From Clostridia bacterium (lineage in GTDB: Bacteria; Bacillota; Clostridia; TANB77; CAG-508): a stretch of DNA of 64,000 nucleotides. Each line of letters opens with the position of its first letter. Positions within the stretch are counted from its first letter, which is position 1. The translations under genes and the position numbers were made by a program. The DNA lies in NCBI GenBank assembly GCA_900752335.1, contig CAADUZ010000023.1, positions 28,927 to 92,926 on the forward strand. The letters are read 5' to 3'. Of the stretch, positions 35,496 to 44,823 are shown in pieces. Below the pieces are notes generated by a model that was not told the origin of the DNA, did not search any database, and was given only the letters and a program-made list of their open reading frames with translations.

Positions 35496-37058
35496 TCATA
35501 AATCTTTACTTTCCATAGCTGTTTCTTCACTGTTCTTTGCTTCTAATTCTTCTTCATTTTTACTAGTTACATCAATCTCTAAATCCTTTACAAATTCTGC
35601 CTGCTCTGCTGGAAAACCACTAAACAAATGGACTGTACAATTATATCTAAGTAGTCTTGCCCTTCCAACAGCTTGTTCTATTTCAGATTGTAAAAAATAT
35701 GTAATGATTTTTTGATAGTGTTCATTAGAATAAGTTGTAATTTTAAATGAATATTCATCATTTTCTATTCTTTGATAATGTGGTCTATCCTCTGTTATTA
35801 TCTCGCCATATAAAGAATACAAGAAAAACTTATAGACAATATCATTTAAGTAAGGCATACCTACTACAACTATGTCTTGTCCTTCTAAATTATTCAAGCC
35901 TTCGATTGCTCCAAAATTATAATCTCTTTCATTGCAAAATTTCTTAAATGTGATTAAAGGTACATTGGGATATTTTTTCCTTATTTCTTCTAATATTTGT
36001 GGAGAATTATCTAAACAAGTTCTACTATAAGAGTATGAGTAATCCTGTAATAGCTTGCCCATATATTTATCATGTGGTATTTTTATATTTTCTATGTCTC
36101 TATCTTCAAAATACTTAATATAAAAATCCTTTTCCATCGTGGCAGATAAAACATAAGTAGTCATAAATGGTATATCTCTACAAATCAAACAATGTACTAA
36201 ATCATCATCATTATAGCTGTTTTTCATTTTTTCTTTATTGGGATTATATTTATAAATTGCACTAATAGAAAGCACATCAAAAATGTTGTAAATATCTTGG
36301 TGTAAATTTGTAACTTCTTCCTCTATATCTTCAATTTCTTCTTGACTCATATATTTTTGATAAATTGGCTCTACTGCATTTATCTGTTTGTAAGGTGCTT
36401 TTAAGATTATATCTATCTTTTTTTGTAATTTATCTTTATAATGATTTTCTAATATATTACAAGTTTTTCTTAATTTAGCTAAACTATATGTTTTTACCTT
36501 TATACATTCCCTCAAAATATCTTCATCAATTATCAATTTATGTGTATAAACTAGGCACCAATGTAGATAAAATAATCTAGCCCAAGTAGTTACAATATGT
36601 CCTTCAAAGTGATTTACTGTTTCATTTTGTACTAAATAATAGGTTATGTTATTTATATCTGCATTAATTTTATTTAACTTAGCCTCATTTGTTTCCTTTT
36701 CAGCTTGTTCTTCCAATTCTTTAACTGCATTATTTAAAAATTCTTTTCTTTTTTCAACAGCACCAATTTGCATTAAATAAAAATATTCTTCTTTTATTTC
36801 TTGGTCATTGATTTCAGGAATTTCAGGAGTTTCCATTATATCTGTTACTCCCATATTAACTAAATCATTATAAACTTGATGTTTTAATTCATTAGTTGGA
36901 AGTGCTATTATGAATTTATCCCAAAAAGCATTTTTTATAACTTTTTCATATGCACTTGTTTTTCCTAAAGAAGTTTGAGCACTTACTAGTGTCAACAAAT
37001 GATTTTTACGTTGATGTTTTAAGTACTTTTCGTAGTTTTCTTTATTTGCCTCTATCAC
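35496..37058 (-). CDS. SF2 (DEAD/DEAH-like) helicase
   Basis: 520 aa. Motif I SAQTSLGKTS, motif II IIDEDI, motif III LSATM, motif VI QAVGRARL. Confidence 0.7.
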   Translation of the reverse strand: MIEANKENYEKYLKHQRKNHLLTLVSAQTSLGKTSAYEKVIKNAFWDKFIIALPTNELKHQVYNDLVNMGVTDIMETPEIPEINDQEIKEEYFYLMQIGAVEKRKEFLNNAVKELEEQAEKETNEAKLNKINADINNITYYLVQNETVNHFEGHIVTTWARLFYLHWCLVYTHKLIIDEDILRECIKVKTYSLAKLRKTCNILENHYKDKLQKKIDIILKAPYKQINAVEPIYQKYMSQEEIEDIEEEVTNLHQDIYNIFDVLSISAIYKYNPNKEKMKNSYNDDDLVHCLICRDIPFMTTYVLSATMEKDFYIKYFEDRDIENIKIPHDKYMGKLLQDYSYSYSRTCLDNSPQILEEIRKKYPNVPLITFKKFCNERDYNFGAIEGLNNLEGQDIVVVGMPYLNDIVYKFFLYSLYGEIITEDRPHYQRIENDEYSFKITTYSNEHYQKIITYFLQSEIEQAVGRARLLRYNCTVHLFSGFPAEQAEFVKDLEIDVTSKNEEELEAKNSEETAMESKDL

Positions 37059-37607
37059 TTAAAGCACCCCTTTTTTTAATGCATTCAGTAACTGTTCATA
37101 TCCTTTGTCCTTGTCTAAGTAGTTCACACTATTATTGTTTAGCTTGTAAATTTTATTTTTTGGGACAACTGTGTTAACTATGTTACGATAATGTTTGCAT
37201 TCTGCCTCAAATGGGCAAAATTTAGAACATTGCATTGCACTATAATTGCATTTTTTTGCATATTCTATTTGCATTTCCCATTTGTTATCTTTTTCTTCGT
37301 TGTACAAGTTATCATATTTTTCTATAGTCTCTAATATTCTTTTTTTGCCTCCCTCAAAATACATTAAATTGAGCGATAAGCCAAAAAGTTCTTGATGATG
37401 TAATCGCCTTTCGCCTGTTACAAATATCTTGAATAGTCGGCATTTTTCTATAACATTGTTCCAATCGTTTATCTTTACTTTTGGTAATTCAGTTTTGGTA
37501 TTGGTTGTTAAATACTTTTTTGTTTCTTCTTTTTCAGATACTTCTGTTTTTGTTTTCTTCTTTTTTACCAATGTATATTTATCTGACATTGAAATTTCAT
37601 AGAACAT
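37059..37607 (-). CDS. hypothetical protein, possible primase C-terminal-type helper
   Basis: 182 aa, abutting the helicase start (stop 37059, helicase start 37058). Cys cluster CSKFCPFEAECKH. The assignment is speculative. Confidence 0.4.
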   Translation of the reverse strand: MFYEISMSDKYTLVKKKKTKTEVSEKEETKKYLTTNTKTELPKVKINDWNNVIEKCRLFKIFVTGERRLHHQELFGLSLNLMYFEGGKKRILETIEKYDNLYNEEKDNKWEMQIEYAKKCNYSAMQCSKFCPFEAECKHYRNIVNTVVPKNKIYKLNNNSVNYLDKDKGYEQLLNALKKGVL

Positions 37608-37629
37608 TTTTTCGCCATTTTGTACGAAA

Positions 37630-38751
37630 TTACCGAACTACTATAATATAATAATATAATGATTCGGTGTTTTCGTATGCTTTATCATTCTGAAAAACTT
37701 TTTGACATACATTTCCCCTTACACAAAAATGCTGTTTTGAAAACATCTCCATATTATATGTATGCTCTTGTTCTTTTCTTAACTGTTCCTCTTGTTCTTC
37801 TGATATTTCAACTTTTCTTACGTGGAAAATGCCGTTTAGAAGATTAATCCCTGTTTTTTTTGAAAACTCTTGCATATTTTTGGAAAAATTTGCACTATCT
37901 TTCTTTTTTAAGTATTTTTCGAAACATCTAAAATATTTATCTAATTCTATACTTTTCCCAAAATGAGGATTTTTTTCTTCAATTGGTGTATTACTTCCAT
38001 GAAATTGTCTGTTCACATTTGTACAGTTACTGTCAAAATATTCAGGAAACATCGCTTGCAATAATAATATTATTCCTTGAGCTAAATCCCAACTAAAAAT
38101 AGGAACATCTGTCTTGAATATTAATCTAAATCTTTCTCCTTTTGTAGGGTCTGAAAAGGTTTTATATGCAAATAACACATTTAAGTCTAAATCAATTATT
38201 CTTTGCTTTACTTCTTTGTACATTTCGCCATATGGTGGAGTAATATCATTTTTATTTCTATCTTGTTTATGGTCTACATCAAGCCCAAAAGTTGACATTG
38301 AAATAAAATATTCTTTTGTATTTTTTACATTTCCTCCAGTTTCTAGTATTTGAATTAACCAATTAGGTGTTCCTAAAGCTATCTCACATAATCTATCCCA
38401 TGCAAAAAAAGTTTCTATTGCCATTTCATCTGACGTACATTTTCCATATGTTTTATGGTAATAATCTAAATCGAGAAAAATACACCCACAAAAAGTTTTG
38501 CCTTTGCTTGCGACTTCTTCCTCCAATTCATAAGTTTTTAGTAGTGTTGGCTGTAATTTCAAGCCATATGTAATAATACCATCTTCATTTACAGGTTTTT
38601 CAAAACGTTTTTTAGGAAATATTGAAACATACATTCCTCTTTCTGGTATTTCATCAGCTTGTCTAATAGGGGTATCATATAGCTCATATATTCTTTTTCT
38701 ACTTTCTTTTTCCTTTCTCATTATCTCTATCTCTTTTTCCCAATAGCCCAT
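37630..38751 (-). CDS. putative primase-polymerase (AEP-like) replication protein
   Basis: 373 aa. CIFLDLDY resembles AEP motif I (DxD), and GLDVDH and ERFRLIF are further candidate motifs. Its position between the Cro-like gene and the helicase matches a replication module. Family call is from memory only. Confidence 0.45.
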   Translation of the reverse strand: MGYWEKEIEIMRKEKESRKRIYELYDTPIRQADEIPERGMYVSIFPKKRFEKPVNEDGIITYGLKLQPTLLKTYELEEEVASKGKTFCGCIFLDLDYYHKTYGKCTSDEMAIETFFAWDRLCEIALGTPNWLIQILETGGNVKNTKEYFISMSTFGLDVDHKQDRNKNDITPPYGEMYKEVKQRIIDLDLNVLFAYKTFSDPTKGERFRLIFKTDVPIFSWDLAQGIILLLQAMFPEYFDSNCTNVNRQFHGSNTPIEEKNPHFGKSIELDKYFRCFEKYLKKKDSANFSKNMQEFSKKTGINLLNGIFHVRKVEISEEQEEQLRKEQEHTYNMEMFSKQHFCVRGNVCQKVFQNDKAYENTESLYYYIIVVR

Positions 38752-38830
38752 TGTTAATTCCTCCTGATATTTTCTGTATTTGGGGAAATGGCTTATTTTA
38801 AGCCATTTTTTTAGCCTCTAAAAAAGATTC

Positions 38831-39040
38831 CTAAACTAATTTTTCTCCTCTATGTTCTCTTAAAATTTTTAAAAGACTTCCCTTTTCTATTTGCCAATGA
38901 CCAATTTTAACACCAAATTTTTTTAAAAAATCTGATGCTCTATTTTCATTGATTCCAAACAAATCTGCGATTTCTTGATAACCTAAAATAATTATATTAT
39001 CTTCTTCTTTATTAATTTGTTCATTTGGTTTTTCTTCCAT
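38831..39040 (-). CDS. small HTH protein (Cro/excisionase-like)
   Basis: 69 aa from ATG 39040 (AAAGGAG 7 nt upstream). Contains LGYQEIADLFGINENRASDFLKKFG. It is the first gene of the leftward operon. Confidence 0.6.
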   Translation of the reverse strand: MEEKPNEQINKEEDNIIILGYQEIADLFGINENRASDFLKKFGVKIGHWQIEKGSLLKILREHRGEKLV

Positions 39041-39232
39041 TTTCAAGCTCCTTTCAATATATTTCTATATTTTAGTTGCTGTATGTACCTTTAATAAAAC
39101 AAGGTACTGTAGGAACTTGACAAAAAATTTTTACTACCATAACCAGTTTCATTTTTACTATTTTTTTCTTTTCTGCTTTATTTGCTTTTATTTTTCTCAC
39201 CTCTTTAATCACCAATTTAAGTACTGAAAACA

Positions 39233-39310
39233 ATAATATCACAATATTTTAGTGATGTCAATAAATTTTAGTAATTTTTTCTTGACAGCACTATTTTATT
39301 GTGATATTAT
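39233..39310. promoter_or_regulatory. back-to-back mirror-image promoters/operators of the element switch
   Basis: 27-bp inverted arms at 39235-39261 and 39282-39308 (3 or 4 mismatches). Each carries TTGACA, a 17-nt spacer containing ATTGTGATAT, and TATTAT. One faces the Cro-like gene and the other faces the CI-like gene. Confidence 0.6.
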
Positions 39311-39337
39311 GTATCTGTATTTGGAGGTGATTGAAAA

Positions 39338-40237
39338 ATGGATTTATATTATGGAGAGAAAATTAAGGAATATAGAGCTTCAAACAAATTAACACAAGAA
39401 GTATTAGCAAAACAACTTGGAATTTCTACTAGTCTGTTGAGAATGATTGAGCTTGGTCTAAGAAAACCTAATGACAAAATTAAAGAAAAAATTTTAAATT
39501 TGACTGGTATTTCCTATTATGATGAAATCATAAAACAAGTAGATAAAAAAATATCAGAACTTGTAATGAACTATATAACGTCAAATTCAACTTTTTTTTC
39601 GCCTGAAAATGTTACAAAATTAGTTAGAATTTTGAGTGCTTTATATAATACTATTAATTCTTCTAAAATAGAAATAAGGGAATATTTAGATAAAAATGAA
39701 AATAATAACATTGAATATATGGCATCTAACCTTATAAATTTGTTAGAAAATTTTTCTGCAAATGGTTTTTTCAATATAAAAGATATTTTTGGCAATAATA
39801 CAAATTTTATAAAACATTGCATTCCAATTATTCTTGATATATTAAAAACAAGCTCATCTATTATATATCAAAATAAAGAAATTCCTTTATATACCGACGA
39901 TTTGCCATTAGACATAAAAAGAAACACTGTAAAAGAGATATTATCTAAAAGCTATTTCTCTGATAAAAGTAAATTTGCCTTTATCATAAAGAATGATGAT
40001 ATGTTTCCCAAATATGAAAAGGGATATACTGCAATAGCCATTGAATGTGATGAAAAAAGTACGAGTGGTGATGTTATTTTATCTATTAACAAAGCTACTC
40101 CTATATTGAGGAAAATTAGTTTTGAGGGCTCTTATGTAATAGTTGAATCATATAATCCTCAAATAAAGACACAATTACTTACTAAAGATGAAATTAAAAT
40201 TTTAGGACAAATTATTGAAATAAGACTTTTTAATTGA
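39338..40237 (+). CDS. CI-like repressor: XRE HTH plus degenerate S24 (LexA-like) domain
   Basis: N-terminal HTH (IKEYRASNKLTQEVLAKQLGISTSLLRMIELG). C-terminal S24-like fold (IIKNDDMFPKYEKGYTAIAIE...GDVILS...ILRKISF...VESYNP). Asp replaces the nucleophilic Ser of GDSM. Confidence 0.7.
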   Translation: MDLYYGEKIKEYRASNKLTQEVLAKQLGISTSLLRMIELGLRKPNDKIKEKILNLTGISYYDEIIKQVDKKISELVMNYITSNSTFFSPENVTKLVRILSALYNTINSSKIEIREYLDKNENNNIEYMASNLINLLENFSANGFFNIKDIFGNNTNFIKHCIPIILDILKTSSSIIYQNKEIPLYTDDLPLDIKRNTVKEILSKSYFSDKSKFAFIIKNDDMFPKYEKGYTAIAIECDEKSTSGDVILSINKATPILRKISFEGSYVIVESYNPQIKTQLLTKDEIKILGQIIEIRLFN

Positions 40238-40663
40238 CTTCATTAATCAATAACTTAAATAAAAATAGAGTAATATGTTTTAGTTTGCAGACCGAACATA
40301 TTACTCCAAGCACCAAATACTTCAATATGAAAGTATTAGCTATTATTATTTTAACAAAAATAGTTCGAAAAAGCAATAAATAGCATAACTTTCCTTTGAA
40401 GTATTAAAGAAAAATAAATATTTGAAGGAGGTTTTTTATTATGGAAAAAGCGTGCTAATGGAGAAGGAACACTTTACAAAGCAATTCAAAAAAAAATAGA
40501 AAGAAATCCTCAAAAATACCCACATGAAATCTTTGAAGCTTTAGAATTAAAAAAAGCTAGTAAAGTAAATAAAGAAATGCTTAATGAATTTGAGGAATTT
40601 CTTAAAATTGACCCATTAAAAAAAGAATGATATGTAAAAATAAATACATATCATTCTTCTTTT

Positions 40664-41647
40664 TTATTTTTTTAAGTTCATTAGTGGCGAAAACCTCTGA
40701 TACTTTTTCCTTAAATCTTCTGTCTCTAAGTCTAAATAGCACTCCTCTGTTACCTTTACTGAACTATGTCCCAAAATTTTTGATAATGTATAAATATCTC
40801 CACCATTCATTAAAAATCTTTTTGCGAAATTATTTCGTAACATATGAGGATGTATATCTTTCTTCCCAATTCTCTCTCCATATACAGTAAAATTACTTTC
40901 AAAACTTCTTATTTCTAGCCTACTTCCTCTTGTAGTGCAAAAACAAAATTCACTGTCTTTGTATCTATCTCTATATTGTAGCCATCTTCTTAATTCTGTT
41001 CCCATTTGAACTGAAAAAAACACATATCTATCTTTCTTACCTTTTGTTATATCTGCTGATAAAAATATTGTTCGTTCATTAAAATTTATATCAGTTTCAT
41101 CTCTTATCATTAAACATTCGCCAACCCTCATACCAGTATCAAATATGAGTTGTGTTATAACATAATCCCTATATTCGTGAAATTTTGATAAATCAAAGCA
41201 TTTTAGTAATTTTGCAAACATTTCATCTTCTAAATAATCTTTTACCTTTCTAGGTGTTTTAATTGTTTTTATATTACTTACAGGATTGGTTTTTATTAAT
41301 CTGTTTTCATACATATAATTAAAATAAACTCTCATATTCCTAATATAATTGTTTATTGTTACTAAACTTACTTTTTTTCCAAAGTCTCCTCTGTTCTGTG
41401 GATTGTTTATCTTTTTTGATTTTTCATTATAAACAACTGTATATTTTCCCCTTTCTTTTAAGTTTTCAATATAATCTTTTAAATGTTTTTCTTTTACCTG
41501 CTCTGTTTTAGTTATATCAAATTTCTCTTTTAGATAAATAACTAAAAGTCGCAAAGACTGTTCATAACTCCCATAAGTCTTTTGTGATAGCCCCTTATAA
41601 TCACAATAATTAATAAAATCATCAATTTCTAAATCAATTTTTTCCAT
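40664..41647 (-). CDS. int: tyrosine integrase (phage integrase family)
   Basis: 327 aa from ATG 41647 (AAGGAGG upstream). N-terminal SAM-like domain. Catalytic residues: TGMRVGE (R), HPHMLRNNF (H-x-x-R), LGHSSVKVTEECY (H, Y). It is 226 nt from the spo0A stop. Confidence 0.85.
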   Translation of the reverse strand: MEKIDLEIDDFINYCDYKGLSQKTYGSYEQSLRLLVIYLKEKFDITKTEQVKEKHLKDYIENLKERGKYTVVYNEKSKKINNPQNRGDFGKKVSLVTINNYIRNMRVYFNYMYENRLIKTNPVSNIKTIKTPRKVKDYLEDEMFAKLLKCFDLSKFHEYRDYVITQLIFDTGMRVGECLMIRDETDINFNERTIFLSADITKGKKDRYVFFSVQMGTELRRWLQYRDRYKDSEFCFCTTRGSRLEIRSFESNFTVYGERIGKKDIHPHMLRNNFAKRFLMNGGDIYTLSKILGHSSVKVTEECYLDLETEDLRKKYQRFSPLMNLKK

Positions 41648-41756
41648 ACAAAAATTCCTCCTTACATTTATTATTTTTAACAAACATAAAGAGGAAATTT
41701 TTTCCATATTTCATAACCAATAAATTTTTAATTTATTGCTATCACTTAAAATAGTT

Positions 41757-41846
41757 CATTGCAATACTGGCGAATTTTTTTCTATTCTATTTCGCTTTTT
41801 ATGCAATTTATTGCAATCAGTGCGAATTTTAATATTCTATTTTCTC
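41757..41846. repeat. two ~38-nt imperfect direct repeats between int and spo0A (candidate arm-type sites)
   Basis: CATTGCAATACTGGCGAATTTTTTTCTATTCTATTTCGC (41757-41795) versus TATTGCAATCAGTGCGAATTTTAATATTCTATTTTCTC (41809-41846). Confidence 0.6.
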
Positions 41847-41873
41847 TTACTCTCTCAAGCATTATGCCATATC

Positions 41874-42692
41874 TTATGCTGTTTTTAATTCAAGCCTCAA
41901 TTTATCAGCTATCATTGCGATAAACTCTGAATTTGTTGGCTTGCCTTTTGCTGCAGACACCGTATATCCAAATATTCTTTCTACTACGTCTTGTTGTCCA
42001 CGTCCCCATGCTACTTCTATTGCATGGCGAATTGCACGTTCTACTCTGCTTGGAGTTGTTCTATATTTCTCTGCAATTTCTGGATATAGCTGTTTTGTTA
42101 TTTGATTAATCATATCAATATCGCTTACTACCATTACTATGGCTTCTCTTAAATATTGATATCCTTTAATATGAGCTGGAACTCCCACTTCATGTATTAT
42201 ATTCGTAACTAATGCTTCTAAATTTTTCTCACTTTTTTGTGTTGCTGGGGGTATATTTATATATTGTGATTTTATTTCTCTACTTATTACATTTGTCTTG
42301 TTGTTTGTTGGTTGATAATATTTTAAATCTTTTATTCTCCTTACTAATATATTTATATCAAATGGTTTTACTATGTAATATTGTGCCCCTAATTCAATGG
42401 CTTTTCTTGTTATTTTGTCTTGACCTACTGCTGATAATATGATGCACATAGGTTTTTTGCTTAAATCTGCTGTATTTAATTTTTCTAATACACCTAGTCC
42501 ATCTAAATGTGGCATTATTATGTCTAATAATGCTATGTCCGGTTTTGTTTCCACTATTTTGTTATAGGCGTCTTGCCCATCTCTTGCTATTCCTACTACT
42601 TCTAGGTCTTCGTCTTTTGATAAATAGCTAACTAAAGTTCTTGCAAAGTCTTGATTGTCATCTGATACTAAAATCTTGATTTTCTCATTCAA
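41874..42692 (-). CDS. spo0A: sporulation master regulator Spo0A (chimeric: last ~60 codons element-derived)
   Basis: 272 aa. The receiver has DDN...[11 protein letters not shown]. The C-terminal Spo0A DNA-binding domain has [17 protein letters not shown]...[15 protein letters not shown]. Confidence 0.95.
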   Translation of the reverse strand: MNEKIKILVSDDNQDFARTLVSYLSKDEDLEVVGIARDGQDAYNKIVETKPDIALLDIIMPHLDGLGVLEKLNTADLSKKPMCIILSAVGQDKITRKAIELGAQYYIVKPFDINILVRRIKDLKYYQPTNNKTNVISREIKSQYINIPPATQKSEKNLEALVTNIIHEVGVPAHIKGYQYLREAIVMVVSDIDMINQITKQLYPEIAEKYRTTPSRVERAIRHAIEVAWGRGQQDVVERIFGYTVSAAKGKPTNSEFIAMIADKLRLELKTA

Positions 42693-42818
42693 TGTTTTAT
42701 CCCCCTAACAAATTTAAATTGTAAAATTTTTACAGTCAGATTATATATCTTTTTCCAAAATTTTACAATAGTTTTTTGTAATTTTTTTCATTTTCTTTTA
42801 TTTTTATTCTTCATTTGC

Positions 42819-43451
42819 TTATTTTCTTATATATTTCTTTTTCATTATTTTGTATTTTTGTATATTAGGTAGATCTTTTTCATACATATTGTTAGCTAAT
42901 ATTATGCTTTTTTCATTTTCTGTTGCTTCTATTATACAGCTTACATTTTCTTTATATTCTATATTTTTTATGTTTATATTATTTTTATTGCAATAATATT
43001 TAAATTTTTCAAATTCTTGATATTGTATTTCTAATTCTATTTCATATCCTAGTTCTTGTTCTGTTATCTCTGATTTTTCTACTGATTTTGTTGCAGCCTC
43101 TGTATATGCTCTTACTAGTCCTCCAGTTCCTAATAGTATTCCTCCAAAGTATCTTGTAACTACTATTAATACATTGCATAAATTATTTCTTTCTAGCACA
43201 TTCAAAATTGGAGAACCTGCTGTTCCACTTGGTTCTCCGTCGTCACTAAATCTTTTTAATATATTTTCTTTTTCTTGTATTATGTATGCAAAACAATTAT
43301 GTTTTGCATCATAATATTTCTTTTTAGTTTGTTTTATGGCTTCTTCTGCCTCTTCTACCGTTTCAACATAGTAAATAGATGCTATAAATCTAGAACGTTT
43401 TTCTTCTATTTCTGCCGTTTCGTTGTTTTTTATAGTTTTAAATTTTATCAT
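42819..43451 (-). CDS. yigZ: YigZ (IMPACT/UPF0029) family protein
   Basis: 210 aa: IEEKRSRFIA...AKHNCFAY...FSDDGEPSGTAGSPIL...VVTRYFGGILLGTGGLVRAY. Confidence 0.85.
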   Translation of the reverse strand: MIKFKTIKNNETAEIEEKRSRFIASIYYVETVEEAEEAIKQTKKKYYDAKHNCFAYIIQEKENILKRFSDDGEPSGTAGSPILNVLERNNLCNVLIVVTRYFGGILLGTGGLVRAYTEAATKSVEKSEITEQELGYEIELEIQYQEFEKFKYYCNKNNINIKNIEYKENVSCIIEATENEKSIILANNMYEKDLPNIQKYKIMKKKYIRK

Positions 43452-43548
43452 TATTTGTCCTTTCTTAAACTATAAATTCTATTCAATAATATCCTTAATT
43501 TTTATAATTTATTCATAATTATGTCAAAGCATATTGCGTTTTCATATT

Positions 43549-44823
43549 CTAATTCATCCCAGCTGTATACCCTGTTGAATATGCTATTTGTAAATTGAAT
43601 CCTCCTGTATAGGCGTCTACGTCTATTATCTCTCCTGCAAAGTACAAATTTTCTACTAGTTTTGATTCCATTGTTTTAGGATTTATTTCTTTTATGTTTA
43701 TTCCACCTGAAGTTATTATTGCTTCTTCTATTGGTCTAAATCCATCTATTTTTATTTCTAATTTTTTTAGCATTTGCGCTAAATTATTTCTTTCCTTTTT
43801 GGTTATTTCATTAACTTTTTTATCTGGATTTATTTTTGATAATTCTATTATTACAGGTATCATTTTCTTTGGTAATAGTTTATCCAAGCTATTTTTAAAC
43901 GCCTTATTCTTTTCTTCATTAAAGTCTCTTAAAATTCTTTCGTCTAGTTTTTCTAATGTAAGGGCTGGTTTTAGATCAATGCACAAATCTATATTTCCTT
44001 CTTGCATTAAGCTTTCTATATCTTTATATCTTAATAAATGAGCTGATGCACTTAAAATAGTAGGTCCAGACACGCCAAAATGTGTAAATAACATTTCTCC
44101 AAAGTCTTCGTATATTGTTTTATTGTTTTTTATATCTTTAAATTTTATAGAAACATTCTTTAAGCTTAATCCTTGTAAGTCTTTACATATTTTTAAGCTA
44201 ATATCTTTTTTTGCTTTTAAAGGTACTAATGATGCTTGTATTTTTGTTATAGTATGTCCTAGTTTTTTTGCTATTTCATACCCATCTCCAGTTGAACCTG
44301 TTGCTGGATAGCTTTTTCCACCGGTTGTTAAAATTATTTTATCTGCCAAAATTACTTTATTTTCATTTTCGATACATGCTTTAACACCTTTTGCAGTTTT
44401 TGTGTTATTTTTTTCTATTAAGATTTCTTCTACCTTTGTATTTAATATTACTTTTATATTTAATTTTCTTAAAATTCTTATAAACGCTTGTCTAACGTCG
44501 TCCGATTTATCTGATACTGGAAATACTCTATTTCCTCTTTCTACTTTTGTTTTCACACCTTCATTTTCTAGCATTTGTATTATATCTGTATTGCTAAAGT
44601 TATTAAAGCTACTATACATAAACATACCATTACCTGGTATGTTTTTTATAAATTCGTCTATAGGAATACTACTTGTTATGTTGCATCTTCCTTTTCCTGT
44701 TATTAGCAATTTTTTTCCAAGCATATTCATTTTTTCAAGTATTGTTACTTCGTTTCCTGTTTGAGCAGCGGAAATTGCAGCAAGCATTCCTGCTGGTCCA
44801 CCGCCAATTACTATTACTTTCAT
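43549..44823 (-). CDS. NAD(P)/FAD-dependent oxidoreductase (HI0933/BaiN-like)
   Basis: N-terminal VIVIGGGPAGMLAAI and C-terminal LYFAGEIIDVDAYTGGFNLQIAYSTG. Confidence 0.8.
   Translation of the reverse strand: MKVIVIGGGPAGMLAAISAAQTGNEVTILEKMNMLGKKLLITGKGRCNITSSIPIDEFIKNIPGNGMFMYSSFNNFSNTDIIQMLENEGVKTKVERGNRVFPVSDKSDDVRQAFIRILRKLNIKVILNTKVEEILIEKNNTKTAKGVKACIENENKVILADKIILTTGGKSYPATGSTGDGYEIAKKLGHTITKIQASLVPLKAKKDISLKICKDLQGLSLKNVSIKFKDIKNNKTIYEDFGEMLFTHFGVSGPTILSASAHLLRYKDIESLMQEGNIDLCIDLKPALTLEKLDERILRDFNEEKNKAFKNSLDKLLPKKMIPVIIELSKINPDKKVNEITKKERNNLAQMLKKLEIKIDGFRPIEEAIITSGGINIKEINPKTMESKLVENLYFAGEIIDVDAYTGGFNLQIAYSTGYTAGMN

Larger units (their letters stand above)
25034..42053. mobile_element. 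~17-kb integrative element in the spo0A 3' end (satellite/PICI-like or cryptic prophage remnant)
   Basis: Bounded by the identical 17-mer CGTTCTACTCTGCTTGG (25034-25050 and 42037-42053) at the inner edge of the spo0A/spo0A' homology. Integrase lies next to the intact spo0A stop. Contains a CI/Cro switch, primase-like protein, helicase and a second recombinase. I recognise no capsid, tail, lysis or conjugation genes. Confidence 0.75.
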
